33,824 nucleotides of DNA from Thelocarpon superellum (taxonomy: Eukaryota): positions 1 to 33,824 of the forward strand of contig JAPEUG010000177.1 in assembly GCA_026025795.1 (NCBI GenBank). The letters are read 5' to 3'. The number at the start of each line of letters is the position of its first letter. Positions within the stretch are counted from its first letter, which is position 1. The position numbers and the translations under genes were made by a program. This document shows positions 10,770 through 22,336 of the stretch, in pieces. Under the pieces are notes generated by a model, which worked only from the letters and a program-made list of their open reading frames with translations, did no database searches and had not been told where the DNA came from.

Positions 10770-11748
10770 ATGACGCACCCCGCTTCGCCGAGACCAGTCT
10801 TTTTCTTCGACATAGACAACTGCGTGCGTCTACGGCACCACGAAAAGGCCCAAACCTCAGACTGACGTGCGTGGGACGGATCTAGTTGTACTCACGTAGT
10901 ACGGCCCGAACCTCAGTCAACTGAGCTGACTCCTCCTGACCCTAACTTCCTGCAACGTAGGCAAACGGGTAGACAATCTCATGCAAGACCTGATCGGTAG
11001 GCGATCACATACCACGATCTGAGACACTGGTCCATTGACTGATCCATGATTCTCACTGCTTCAAGACAAGTACTTTATCAGCCATTTGTCGCTGCCCCTG
11101 AAAGACGCCGCAAAGCTTCGACAAGATTACTACCAACAGTATGGCCTGGCGCTGGAAGGGCTGGTCCGCCATCATACCATTGACCCTATGGAGTACAACC
11201 GGCAAGTCGACGATGCGCTGCCGCTCGAGAACGTGATCCATGAAGACCAACAGCTCCGTGCACTGCTCGAAGACATCGATCAGAGCAAGATCCGGCTCTG
11301 GCTGTTTACCAACGCCTACGTGACCCATGGAAAGCGGGTGGTGCACCTGCTCGGTGTCGACGATCTCTTCGATGGCATGACCTACTGCAACTACTCAGCC
11401 GAGCGATTGGTCTGCAAACCGCATGCCGAGATGTTTGCGAAAGCCCAGCACGAGGCGGGCGCGGTGTCGCCCGCCGACTGCTTCTTCGTCGGTACGGCCG
11501 AACACCGCTCCCGTCGGCATCTACGATGACACCTACGATGGATCCACTGATAGCCCACGCATATAGATGACTCCTTCTTAAATTGCCAGAAAGCACATGA
11601 ACTCGGATGGACGGCGGCACACTTGCTTGAGCCCGAGGATCCAGAGCCACCAGTGCGCGCGGCCAAGCATCAGATTCGGAGCCTGGAAGAGCTCCGCACG
11701 CTCTTTCCCCAATTCTTCAAGTCTAGCGGAAATGGCACCAAGACATGA
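10770..11748 (+). CDS. HAD-superfamily pyrimidine 5'-nucleotidase (yeast Sdt1/Phm8 family)
   Basis: Exons 10770-10823, 10886-10898, 10961-10996, 11066-11491, 11567-11748. HAD motif I FFFDIDNCLY, YGLALEGL, motif II WLFTNA, motif III CKP, motif IV FFVDDS. Confidence 0.93.
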
Positions 11749-11830
11749 TGCACGCGCTACAAGATAGAATCGATTTACCAGTCGGCTAGAACGACCGGAT
11801 CACGGTTGCCTGATGGTGGGTGGGGTGCCC

Positions 11831-12834
11831 TTACGCCTTCTTCGCGGGCACCTTGTCTTCTGGCGGCGTGAATCGCTTCTGGAGCGCCTCGACCATCTTG
11901 CCAAACCAGTAGAAGTTCAAAAAGCCGAGCACCGTATTGCTTCCCAAGTACGTGCACCAGAGCCATATGGGCATGTCTTGGTCGCCGGCAAACCGCATGA
12001 CCTCGGCAGCGGGGTCGACGCTGGGCACCGTGGCTGCCGTGGGATAGGAGGCGGCGACAGCGTTGGCACCTCGTCGCTGCAAGGCCGCCCAGATGTCGCC
12101 GTAGATCAACACCGTCTGATAGCTGCCCCACACCAGGCGACACCCAAAGAAGGTGGCCATCAGAAGGATCCCATTGACAAATTGGGCCCGCGAGCCTGTC
12201 AGGCCCAGCTTGTCCAAAAACCAGTGGACGTTCAACGCGGGCGAGGATAGCTCGTAGAGGATGAAGTTGGAGCCATAGAAATGCGCAAAGGGCCGCTGCC
12301 ACGTTGCGCGAAGTCATCAGCCCCGGGTGTAGCACGTCTGAAGAGGAAGATACGTACGAAGCCAATGCTGGTCACGGTCAAGGCGCTGATGGCATGAGCC
12401 AACGAGCCCCAGCCGCTGGTCCTCCGGTCAAGGCTGATGACCACGTCCCATAGGAAATAGCCGGCCGCGAAGCCTTGGACCATCCCCCCGGCGCCCGTGT
12501 ATCCCCAGATGCGCTCTTGCCAGTCCATCCGGGCGCGCTCGCCATCACACCAAATGACCCAAAGCGCAGCGGTATTGATAAACGTCGACTGTACCAACGA
12601 CACCACGTGCACGTCCCAGTTGAATTTGGCCCGACGCGAGAGGTGCCGGTACGTCTGCGGAACGAGCACAGTCGAGATCCACGGCGAGATGTAGACTTGG
12701 ACGACCGTGTAGAGCAGGAAGGCAAACAAGATCTCGTGCACGTGGAGCGGGAGGGTGGTAAGATGCCAATACGTGGCGCCGGGTTCGGCCAGGCGCGTCA
12801 GGAACGCTGGAGGTGATGGGAACGGATCCAGCAT
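11831..12834 (-). CDS. TLC (TRAM/LAG1/CLN8) domain membrane protein, TMEM56/Tda4-like
   Basis: Exons 12834-12358 and 12295-11831 (intron GTACGT..CAG). Motifs NWDVHVVSLVQS, ERIWGY, AAGYFLWD, RPF..FYG..FILYELSSP.LNVHWFLDK, TFFGCRLVWG, LNFYWFGKM; several hydrophobic segments. Confidence 0.92.
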
Positions 12835-13880
12835 CTCGTGCGACGGTGGCGACCCGGCCTCGTCACTTGAGATGCAGCCACTTCGTCCGGGAGAGAAATG
12901 TTACTAGACGGCCATGGGAGAGAGGGCTTATATTCCAAGGATCCCGGGTAGGACCGATGGATCGTAGATGAGAAGGCACTGATCGGTGCCAGTAGGAGGA
13001 TACCCGATGGCCAAACGTCACCACGTTCACATGTTGCTGAGGCGCCTCGTGATTTGCGGTTGCGGGGTCATCTGGGCCGTGGACAAGCAAGACCAAGCGA
13101 GCCGTCATCCTCCAACCAAGACCCAGCAGGCCGAAGCAGTTGCGAGAGGGAGTTCATGACTGATAGATGGATGATATTCAGCAGAAGAGGAGTATCATCT
13201 TGCATGCATTTACTTTGATCGTATTCCGTAGTAACTCCTAGTCATAACATCAGACCACGGTCCCGTCCATCGGGCGCGTGGGTGGCCCGACCTGATCCCT
13301 TCGTCTTGCTCGTCTGCGATTGGGAGAATTCCCTGCACGAGCATGGGCGTGATCATTGGTCGCCATAGGCCCCCACTATACTTGTAGCTGGTCTATGCCC
13401 AAGCGACCGACAGTGAATCGGGCGATCCGGCATGACAAAGTCCGCGAGCTGCTCGTAATCTCGGTGTCTGAGGGCCTCTCTCTAACTGAAGACGGAGCAT
13501 TCGAGCGAGAGGCCCGCCCAAAGCGACGTGCATGGTGATCGACGCCATCAATAGGAGCAATGCACGCCGGGACTGGAGCGCCGGCTGCTCTGGATGCATA
13601 GGCCACCCACCAGGCCAAGTCGGCGATTGCTTAGCTCTCGCTCGCCGACTGCGGCCAACGAGCGCCTGCTCGTCGTGTTGACAGTTGCCCCCACCTTGAA
13701 CCCCGCCGTAAAGCTCTGTCGCTCCTGGTCCACGAGCGGCCCCTACATGTGGCTCAATTGGCTCACCCGCCCCCGCCCTCTGTTCTCATCATCGTAGATT
13801 TCCCTCTTCAACACAATCAGCACGTTTCGCCCTGAGATCTAGAGTAGATTGTTGCAATCGAGTGATCCAAGTGATCCAAC

Positions 13881-16800
13881 ATGGCCTCAACCGCGCCCCG
13901 CGAGCGTCGCCCTTCGACCTCTGCCCCCCACACGGATCTGCAGGGGCCCGTGGGACCTGGCTTTACCCGACCCAAGCATACTCGCACCTCCACCGGCTTT
14001 GGAGCGCAAGAGATCAAGAGCGTCGTCAGCAGCATTCCCGAGCCTCAGCGCGCGGCGTAAGTGACCCGAAGCGTTTCGCCGAGCTCCTAGCTGATGGTCC
14101 GGTGTGATAGCTGGAAACTCCACGTGCGTACCTGCGTGGGTCGTGTCCACCACATTGTTCATCAATTGATCCCCCGCACAGGATGCCCAACCCTTCAAGA
14201 CCAAAGACGATTTCGAGGTTTGTCCCCGTCGAGAGCTGTCCGGATCAGCAGCTGATCGTGTCGCAGCGAGAGACCGTGCGACACATCGAAACTACTCTGG
14301 CCCGTTCGCTGTTCAACTGCGATGAATTGTGAGAGCTTCCTCGACCGAGGACTCTGCGTCCATCATGGCTGACGACATTCCCTCCTCAAAGGGCCGCGTA
14401 CAGCGGAGCCAGTCTGGCCTTCCGTGACCGCCTCGTCATCGACTGGAACAAGACTCAGCAGCATCAAACGCTGGCTGATCCGAAGAGAGTCTACTGTACA
14501 TCCCCGCATCACTTGATCGGCGGAAGTGGGAGAGGAAGATAACTAACCGACACAACAAACCAGACCTCTCCCTTGAATTTTTGATGGGCCGAGCCCTTGA
14601 CAATGCCATGCTCAACGTTGGCCTGAAGGATGTCGCCGCTGGTTCGTGCAGGTTTTCCCTTCATAGCTGGTCCGCCCGCTCACAGTGAGGGCTAGAGGGA
14701 CTCAAGGATCTCGGCTTCCGCATCGAGGATGTCATCGGTGAAGAACCTGATGCTGCACTCGGCAATGGCGGTCTTGGACGCCTCGCTGCCTGTTTCTTGG
14801 ACAGTCTGGCGTCGATGAATTATCCGGCCTGGGGCTACGGTCTGCGATACCGCTATGGCATCTTCAAACAGGAAATCGTCAACGGCTATCAGGTCGAGGT
14901 GCCAGATTACTGGCTGGATTTCAACCCGTGGGAATTTCCCCGACACGACATCACCGTCGACATCAAGTTTTACGGCTATGTCGCCAAGGATCAAAATGAG
15001 GAAGGCCGACAAGTGAGCGTGTGGGAGGGAGGAGAGGTTGTCCGTGCCGTGGCCTACGATGTGCCCATCCCCGGCTACGACACTCCGACGACCAACAACT
15101 TGCGTCTCTGGTCCAGCAAGGCCCATGGCGGCGAGTTCGACTTTCAAAAATTCAACGCCGGCGAGTATGAGAGCTCCGTGGCGGATCAGCAGCGCGCCGA
15201 GACCATCTCGGCCGTGCTCTACCCTAACGACAACCTCGAGCGGGGTAAGGAGCTGCGTCTCAAGCAGCAGTACTTCTGGGTGGCCGCTTCGCTCTACGAC
15301 ATCGTGCGTCGTTTCAAGAAGTCCAAGCGTGCCTGGTCAGCCTTTCCCGACCAGATCAGCATTCAGCTCAATGACACGCACCCAACGCTTGCCATCGTCG
15401 AGCTACAGCGGATCCTGATCGACCTTGAGGGACTCGAGTGGGATGAAGCGTGGGGCATTGTCACCAAGACCTTTGGCTACACCAATCACACGGTGCTCCC
15501 GGAGGCTCTGGAGAAATGGTCGGTGCCACTTGTGCAGAATCTCCTCCCCCGCCATCTGCAGATCATCTACGAAATCAACCTGCAGTTCCTCCAGATGGTC
15601 GAGAGGAAATTCCCCAAGGTATGATGAGCTTCATTCCCCTTCTCCTGTCCATCTGGTTAAGACTGTTTAGGAGCGGGATATGCTAGCGCGCGTGTCCATT
15701 ATCGAAGAATCGCAGCCAAAGATGGTCCGTATGGCTTACCTAGCCATCATCGGATCGCACAAGGTCAATGGTGTGGCCGAGCTTCATTCTGACCTGATCA
15801 AGACGACCATCTTTAAAGACTTTGTCAAGATCTATGGCCCTGACAAGTTCACCAACGTGACCAATGGCATCACACCGCGTCGGTGGTTGCACCAGGCCAA
15901 TCCGCGGCTGTCGGAACTGATCGCCTCGAAGCTCGGGGGCTACGAGTATCTCAAGGACCTCACCTTGCTCAACAAGCTGGAGCACTTCGCCGACGATAAG
16001 GAGTTCAAGCGCGAGTGGACGGAGATCAAGTTCGCCAACAAGGTGCGCCTCGCAAAGCACATCAAGGCGGCGACTGGGGTGGATGTGAACCCCAAGGCTC
16101 TGTTTGATGTGCAAGTGAAGCGCATCCACGAGGTGAGACATAACACGCCACGAGTGAGCTTGGACACAGCTAATGCGACGAAGTACAAACGACAACAGCT
16201 AAACATCTTCGGGGTCATCCATCGCTACCTTACCATCAAGGCCATGTCGGTCGAAGAGCGGAAGCAGGTGATGCCTCGGGTGTCCATCTTCGCGGGCAAG
16301 GCGGCGCCAGGTTACTGGATGGCCAAGACCATCATCCATCTGATCAACAGTGTGGGAGCGGTGGTCAACAACGACAAAGACGTGGGTGACCTCTTGAAGG
16401 TGGTCTTCATCCCCGACTACAACGTCAGCAAATGCGAGATCATCGCTCCTGCGTCGGACATCAGCGAGCACATCTCGACGGCCGGTACAGAGGCAAGCGG
16501 GACGAGCAACATGAAGTTCGTACTGAACGGCGGCCTCATCATTGGAACGTGCGATGGCGCCAACGTGAGCCTTTCGCGTCCTCCCTCGTTGCCCCCCCTC
16601 CTTCGCTGACAGGGAAAAAATAGATTGAAATCACGCGCGAGATCGGCGAGAACAACATCTTCCTATTCGGCAACCTGGCTGAAGACGTGGAAGAGATCCG
16701 ACACCAGCACGTGTACGGAAAGAAGGAGCTGGACCCGGGTCTTCGCAAGGTCTTTGACGCGATCGAAAAGGGGCTCTTCGGTGACGTGAGCTCCTTCTCG

Positions 16801-17031
16801 GCCCTGGTCAATGCCATCGCTGAACACGGCGACTACTATCTGGTCAGCGACGACTTCAACAGCTACATTGCCACGCACGCGCTGGTCGACGAGGACTTCA
16901 AGAACCAGGAAGAGTGGACCTCCAAGACCATCACCAGCGTCGCGCGCATGGGCTTCTTCAGCTCCGATCGCTGCATCCAGGAGTACGCCGACACCATCTG
17001 GAATACCGAGCCGCTTGCCCCACCGAAGTAA
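13881..17031 (+). CDS. GPH1: Glycogen phosphorylase
   Basis: 10 exons: 13881-14056, 14111-14123, 14182-14217, 14267-14328, 14392-14495, 14564-14641, 14696-15618, 15671-16132, 16184-16564, 16624-17031. Motifs [79 protein letters not shown]-lysine [17 protein letters not shown]. Confidence 0.98.
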
Positions 17032-17570
17032 GGGCTGCGCTCCTCCTGCTCCTCAACCACTTCCATGCCCACTTCGGCTTCGCGTATCGAATGATCAGGG
17101 TGAGAATGGCAGAGGATGATGCTGCACGAGAGATGGACGATCGTTCGCATCGTTCTTGGGAGATGTCGGCTACCAAATGCCGAATGTCAGTAAGTCGGTT
17201 GGTGGATATACGCGGAGAGACAGATAGGCCAGGCAAAGGATAAAATGAAATTAAATATCATCTCACTGGTTCATGCCTACGGAGGTACGACTAGGGAGTC
17301 TACGCCGTGCCCATCGTCTTTTTGGTTTGATAGGGATCAAGGAACCGGAAAGACAGAGAGAGGCAGGTGGAGGTGGAGGGTGGGATGAAGCATCACTCAA
17401 TAGTCTGTCTGGTCTGCCTGACTGCCCACCTGCTGTGCCTATCTGGTCTGGCTCTGCGTTATCCATACAGCAGCAGCGCGCGACTCCCTCGCTTCCCGTC
17501 CCGTCTCTTCCCTTCGATTGCCTTCAATCCACTTCGCCGCGCTCGGAGCACGCCGTTCCTCCCTTCTTTT

Positions 17571-17670
17571 CCCCTCCGCGGTCCTGTCATACTTCCACGC
17601 TCCCTCTCCTTCCTCCTTACCCCCTTCGCGATCCTGTCATACTTCCACACTGCCTCTCCTTCCTCTTATC
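17571..17670. repeat. Tandem duplication of a 50-bp pyrimidine-rich unit
   Basis: 17571-17620 CCCCTCCGCGGTCCTGTCATACTTCCACGCTCCCTCTCCTTCCTCCTTAC versus 17621-17670 CCCCTTCGCGATCCTGTCATACTTCCACACTGCCTCTCCTTCCTCTTATC. Confidence 0.93.
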
Positions 17671-18288
17671 TGACTGCATGCTTTGGGAGCTGAGCAGGCC
17701 ATGGGACCCCAGGCCGATGCTCGGCCGGCTGCGCGAATCAATGATATGGATAAACTATCGGTAGCCACGAGGACGATGTTCCATAGCTCTCGCTCATTCT
17801 GCCCCTCATGCTGACCCTCGCACACTCTCAACCTCGAACCCACTGTCCTATTCACGTACACGCACACCGACGATTGCGTGACTGACACACACTGGCACTC
17901 AAAACACACCACACAATTCGTCCAGCACCTCGTGGAAACTCGGGGGAAAAAACAATCGTAAACCGCCCAAGGAAACCCAAGACAACGCCGCTTATCAAGT
18001 AGCAGATGATATGTAGGGATCAGGCGGGTCCCGTCCAGACCCGTCTCACCAAAACGGCCGTTTCGAGCAAAAAGAAAAAGGGGAATATTTCTCGAGGAGG
18101 GTGATGGCGCCTCCCCATGAGTAATGATGAGACTGCTCCCTTCGCATCTTTCTTCACCCGACACTCATGCGCGCGCGCGCAAGGGAGAGATCATGCGCGC
18201 GAACGGTTCCAGCGACCCCGAATATCGACAGTGAAAGAAGGACAATCTATCGGCGTTGTGCACGTAAGAAGCAAGCAACCCACCACTC

Positions 18289-19641
18289 TCATAGGATCCC
18301 TGAGTCCTTGAGTGCGTTTTGTAGGATCGTCTCCTTGACCGCTGCGAAGACGAGCCGGATGTTCGATGTGTCGGTGGCTTGGGTGAGACTATCACCGGGT
18401 CAGCAGGTGATCGAGGGAGATGCCGAGCAGCGAATGTGTAGGAGATGCATACTGGGGGTAGAGGTTGAGATGTGCGCGGTTAACTTGATTGAACCGCCAC
18501 AACAGATACTTGGCCGCTCGATTGACGTCGTTGCCGCCAGAGTAGTCCGGAAAGTATGTCACCAGCGGTGACCGGCCGAGCTTCTGCTTGAAGAGGTCGA
18601 CTTTGTTTAGGAAGAGGATGATGCTGGTCCGCATGAACCAGCGCGAGTTGACGACCGAATCGAATAGCACCAGACTCTCCATCATACGATTCTGAGCCCA
18701 GGTCAGATCATTCTTAGGACATTTCCCGGACGCCGATGGCCGTGGAGAGGACGCACCTGGTTGCTTTCCTCCAATAGCACCTGATCATACTCGCTCAACG
18801 CGACGCAGAAGATGATGGAGGTAACATCTTCGAAACAATGAATCCACTTTTTTCGCTCGCTTCGTTGACCGCCGACATCAAACATGCTACGGACCCAGTC
18901 AGCCGCGGCCTCTCCTACTCGACAAGGATCACTCACTGTATGCTCAATTGCCCCATCGTAAAGCGCGTCTCGTAGATGCCCGTCGTCTTTGTTCGTGCGC
19001 GGAGCACATCGGCTTCCGTCGGAATGTAGTCGGCCGATGCTATCCGCAGGGCCTCGACAAAGAAACTAGATGTGGTCAGGATGCACTCGTGTGGCGTTAT
19101 GACCCCGCCCGATGCACTTACTATGGTGCGGAATCCATCAGGTAGAACTCGCTCTGTCGCTCTAATACCAATCCCATGCAGGGATCGCTCCAGACTGAGA
19201 TGATCATGTCCCCTATCCGAGGGTCAAGGGGCGTGTGAGGGTCGGGATCGACGGAGTATCGACTGATGAAGTCACAATACCCCTTGTTTGCCGGGTTGTC
19301 CGGCTCGATCTCGAAGTGTCGCATAGCTCCAATCAGGGCTTTGGCGCAATCGACCAGGTTTTTATAGATGGTCAATCGGTAGAGGGCTAACTCGTCCAAG
19401 GTGTATCCATTTTGATGGATGATCTTCATCTGCTTGACGATGGTGGACTTGCCACTTTCGCCGGACCCTATTTCGGTCAGTGACAACATCAAGCTTTCTG
19501 AAGTGGGAGCATACCTAAGAGTAGGATCTTGCATTCCCGCCGATACCGCTTAGAGTCCTCCTCTAATCTGCGATCAATCGCCTGACTCCGCTTCTTCTGT
19601 TCGGCCTCCTCCTTGGAGGTCTTGCTCCAACACGAACCCAT
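18289..19641 (-). CDS. gpaB: Heterotrimeric G-protein alpha subunit, fungal group III (GanB/GpaB/GNA-3/Gpa2 type, adenylate-cyclase stimulating)
   Basis: Exons 19641-19515, 19467-19122, 19065-18937, 18886-18757, 18691-18453, 18388-18289. N-terminal MGSC lipidation site, [41 protein letters not shown]-terminus NALKDSGIL and [11 protein letters not shown] are typical of group III. Confidence 0.97.
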
Positions 19642-20597
19642 CGTGGCGCGGGTCGAGCAGCGACGACGCTCCCACGTACGGCCTGGCGTGGGCTGTTGGA
19701 CGCGTGGCCGGGAGCACACGTCAGTCAGCGTGCGCCGGCGCGCCCGGAGTCGCGACCAACACCAGCCCGCGAGGGGCAACGGAAAGACCAGTCAAAGAGG
19801 GAGGTTGGAGTGGGGTATGCGACGAGCCGGCGGTGTTGGTGAGCCGGTCGGCGGTCGAGGGTGACCGTAGTCAAGGAATCGCGGATCGCCGACGATGGTT
19901 TGGACGATGCCGCGAAAGGTCGAGATGGCTGTTCCGGAGACAGCGCCGCGAAGTACTAGACGGCACCGCGCAAGGCCAGGGCCGGCAGCAACGGGGACGG
20001 CGGACTCGGCATAAGCTTTCTAATGATGAACGACAACTCCTCCGCAAGCGCTGTGGGAGTCGCGGAACATTGAGGTTGGGGGCCGATGCACGAGTGCGAT
20101 GCCAATCGGTGCGTGGGCGTCGGTGTGGACTCGAGAGGCTCGGGTGCGAGAGCGAGAGGCGGGAGCCGAGCGGCGGCGACCTCGAGATGATGCCAGCGGA
20201 TGGGACGACTCCAACGTGGCGTGCCGCGGTCGGAGGTTGACCGTGATCGGCCGTGGTCGAACAGCAGATGGCTGATAGAGGCGTACGACGATGATGATGA
20301 TGATGAGGTTCGAGGGGAGGGTGGACTCGTCAAGGGGTGGGGGGTGAGCGATGGATCCGTCCAGCTGTGTCGGTACGAGGCGAGGCTCGGGGTGGCGGGC
20401 GGATGCGTCTGGCGAGTTCGAGGGCACGGCGGTGGCCAGCCGGCGTAAAGGGAGCAGACGGCGAGTCTGCACCGGCGATACACGCGATGAGACCGCGAGA
20501 AAGAGAGAGAGATGGGATGCAATGGCGGACGGAGCGATGTTGGAGGTGGCTGAGGTCAGATTGAGTCGAGTGGTAATAGTATGTCAACGGCAGCGTC

Positions 20598-20630
20598 GGC
20601 GGCGGCGGTGGTGGTGGTGGTGGTGGTGGT
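20598..20630. repeat. (GGC)3(GGT)8 trinucleotide microsatellite upstream of the G-alpha gene
   Basis: Read directly. It produces the poly-W and poly-T artefact ORFs. Confidence 0.92.
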
Positions 20631-22195
20631 GTATGGTAGCAGCGCGGTGAGGGCAGCGACTCGGCACCGCGACTCGTTGGGCCAGTCGATCGGCTTTGCT
20701 CCCCGTGGGAGGCCTCGTCTAATCGACCGAGTCGTGTAAAGTGTGGGTGTGCCTGGGGGCGCGTGGTGTGTGGTTCGTTCCTCTTGTCGCTTCTCTCTCG
20801 TCTCTCTTTCTCTTACTCTCCTGTCGGCGGTCCAGTCGGTCGAATCGGTCGCGGCCGGTCTCGTCTTGTGGTCGGCTGGCACAGAAGTCCCGTAGCGCCC
20901 TGCACTCGAGCCAGTAGCACTGCGTAGCACCTGGGCAGCAGCCGGCGTGCTGGGGAAGAGGTACTCGGTAGCCGACTGGGGTACGGCGGCCCTCGTCCGA
21001 TCACGCCGTCCTCCCGTACAAAGCGCTCCCTTCCCTCAGTGCAGAGACGATACGGGGTCTCGTACTCGGATCAGCACCAGCAGCTCCTCCGTCCTCCGCA
21101 CTCCGTTCGACCGCCGCGTAATTCGCACTGGCACTCGAAAGGTACGAGTACTCGCAGTAGTCCTCGACCTGGTAGTGCGCGCCCCGGACTACTCGCCCTT
21201 AGTCATGGGCGGAGATGGGACGAGTAGGAATGGCCCCCGTACGAGTAGCTTCTGAAAGGCTTGCCCATGAGTGCCACGACGGCCACGCCGCAAGCGAAAC
21301 GCCTTGGCCCGGAACGACTTGGCTCGGCCGGCTCAGCGTCCCCGGTTAAAATGCCTGTCGCGCTGCACGCCACCACTCGCCTCTTTCGTCGGAGTGGGGA
21401 GAGGAGTTGCCCTACCGGGGTTGGTCCGGGTACAAAGTCTCGTGGTAGACAGGCACGTCGGATGAGATCAACAATACTACGATCCCAGCGACGTGGAACT
21501 AGTCGGCAGGACAGGATGGTCGTCGACCAGGTGGTCAAGGTACGCATGAGCGTGCTGGATAAAATCTGGTCGACTTTTGCGGGGAGAGGGTGGATCTGCG
21601 CGCCCCAAGTATTCTTATACCTGCAATCCTCCCACGCATGGCTCGCGGTAGACGGCATGCCCACCAGGGAGATTGCCCCCAGAATTTGGGAGGCCGAGGT
21701 GCAGCCCAAGCGTCCACGACTTTGTCAGCTTCATCGGAGGTGCTAAGAATATCCACCGTAGTGAAACGGGGCCCGGATTGTCCTTTCCACGGTATCGACC
21801 TTTGTTTCGGTCGTCAGCGCGATGCGCTTCTCAGACATGCTTCGCGTAGGGGCTGGGACATGTGGTATCATATCCATAACCTCAGGGGATCTGGTCACTA
21901 AGGAGCCCGTGGCGCACGACAAAGCGACGACCGTGCCAGGATGCTGGCCTTTATACGAGCGCATTATCCCTGGCTCTAGCTACTCGCGCAGGGCGCCACC
22001 ATCTTGGCTCGTGGGGCGGTCAGTCCTTTCGCACGTACGAGTACCGCACAAGTAGCTTGAAGGAACACCGGCGGATGGAGGGTCCAAAGCCACGTGCGTT
22101 TCGATTCTCCACCCGATGATCAAACCGAAAGGCTGTTTCCGATTCGCGATCACCGCTGAGAGCACGAGTACGAGGAGTCGCCCAGTCGTCCCCAC

Positions 22196-22336
22196 GGTCG
22201 CAACGCTGGTCGCAAAGCCGGTCGCAGTGTCAGTCAGAACATCCGTCGCAAGGCCAGTCGCAGGTCACTCCCGTCGTCGCAGGTCGCACCAGGCGACGGG
22301 CCCAGGCGACGGGCCCAGGCGACGGGCCCAGGCGAC
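22196..22336. repeat. Compound minisatellite: degenerate 12-bp units (core GTCGCA) followed by perfect 13-bp units CCAGGCGACGGGC
   Basis: 12-mers at 22196, 22208, 22220, 22232 (degenerate core), 22244, 22256. 13-mers at 22289, 22302, 22315, plus a partial copy at 22328-22336. Confidence 0.9.

Noticed and set aside
13689..13776. Three CreA-type sites (CCCCAC/CCCCGC) and one STRE (CCCCT) upstream of GPH1; CRE-like TGACGT at ~23383 upstream of HOG1
   Set aside because: Biologically plausible, but 5-6-mers are expected by chance at this GC content. Not supportable without conservation data.
22289..22336. CRISPR-like appearance of the 13-bp repeats
   Set aside because: Contiguous short units with no spacers, eukaryotic context and no cas genes.
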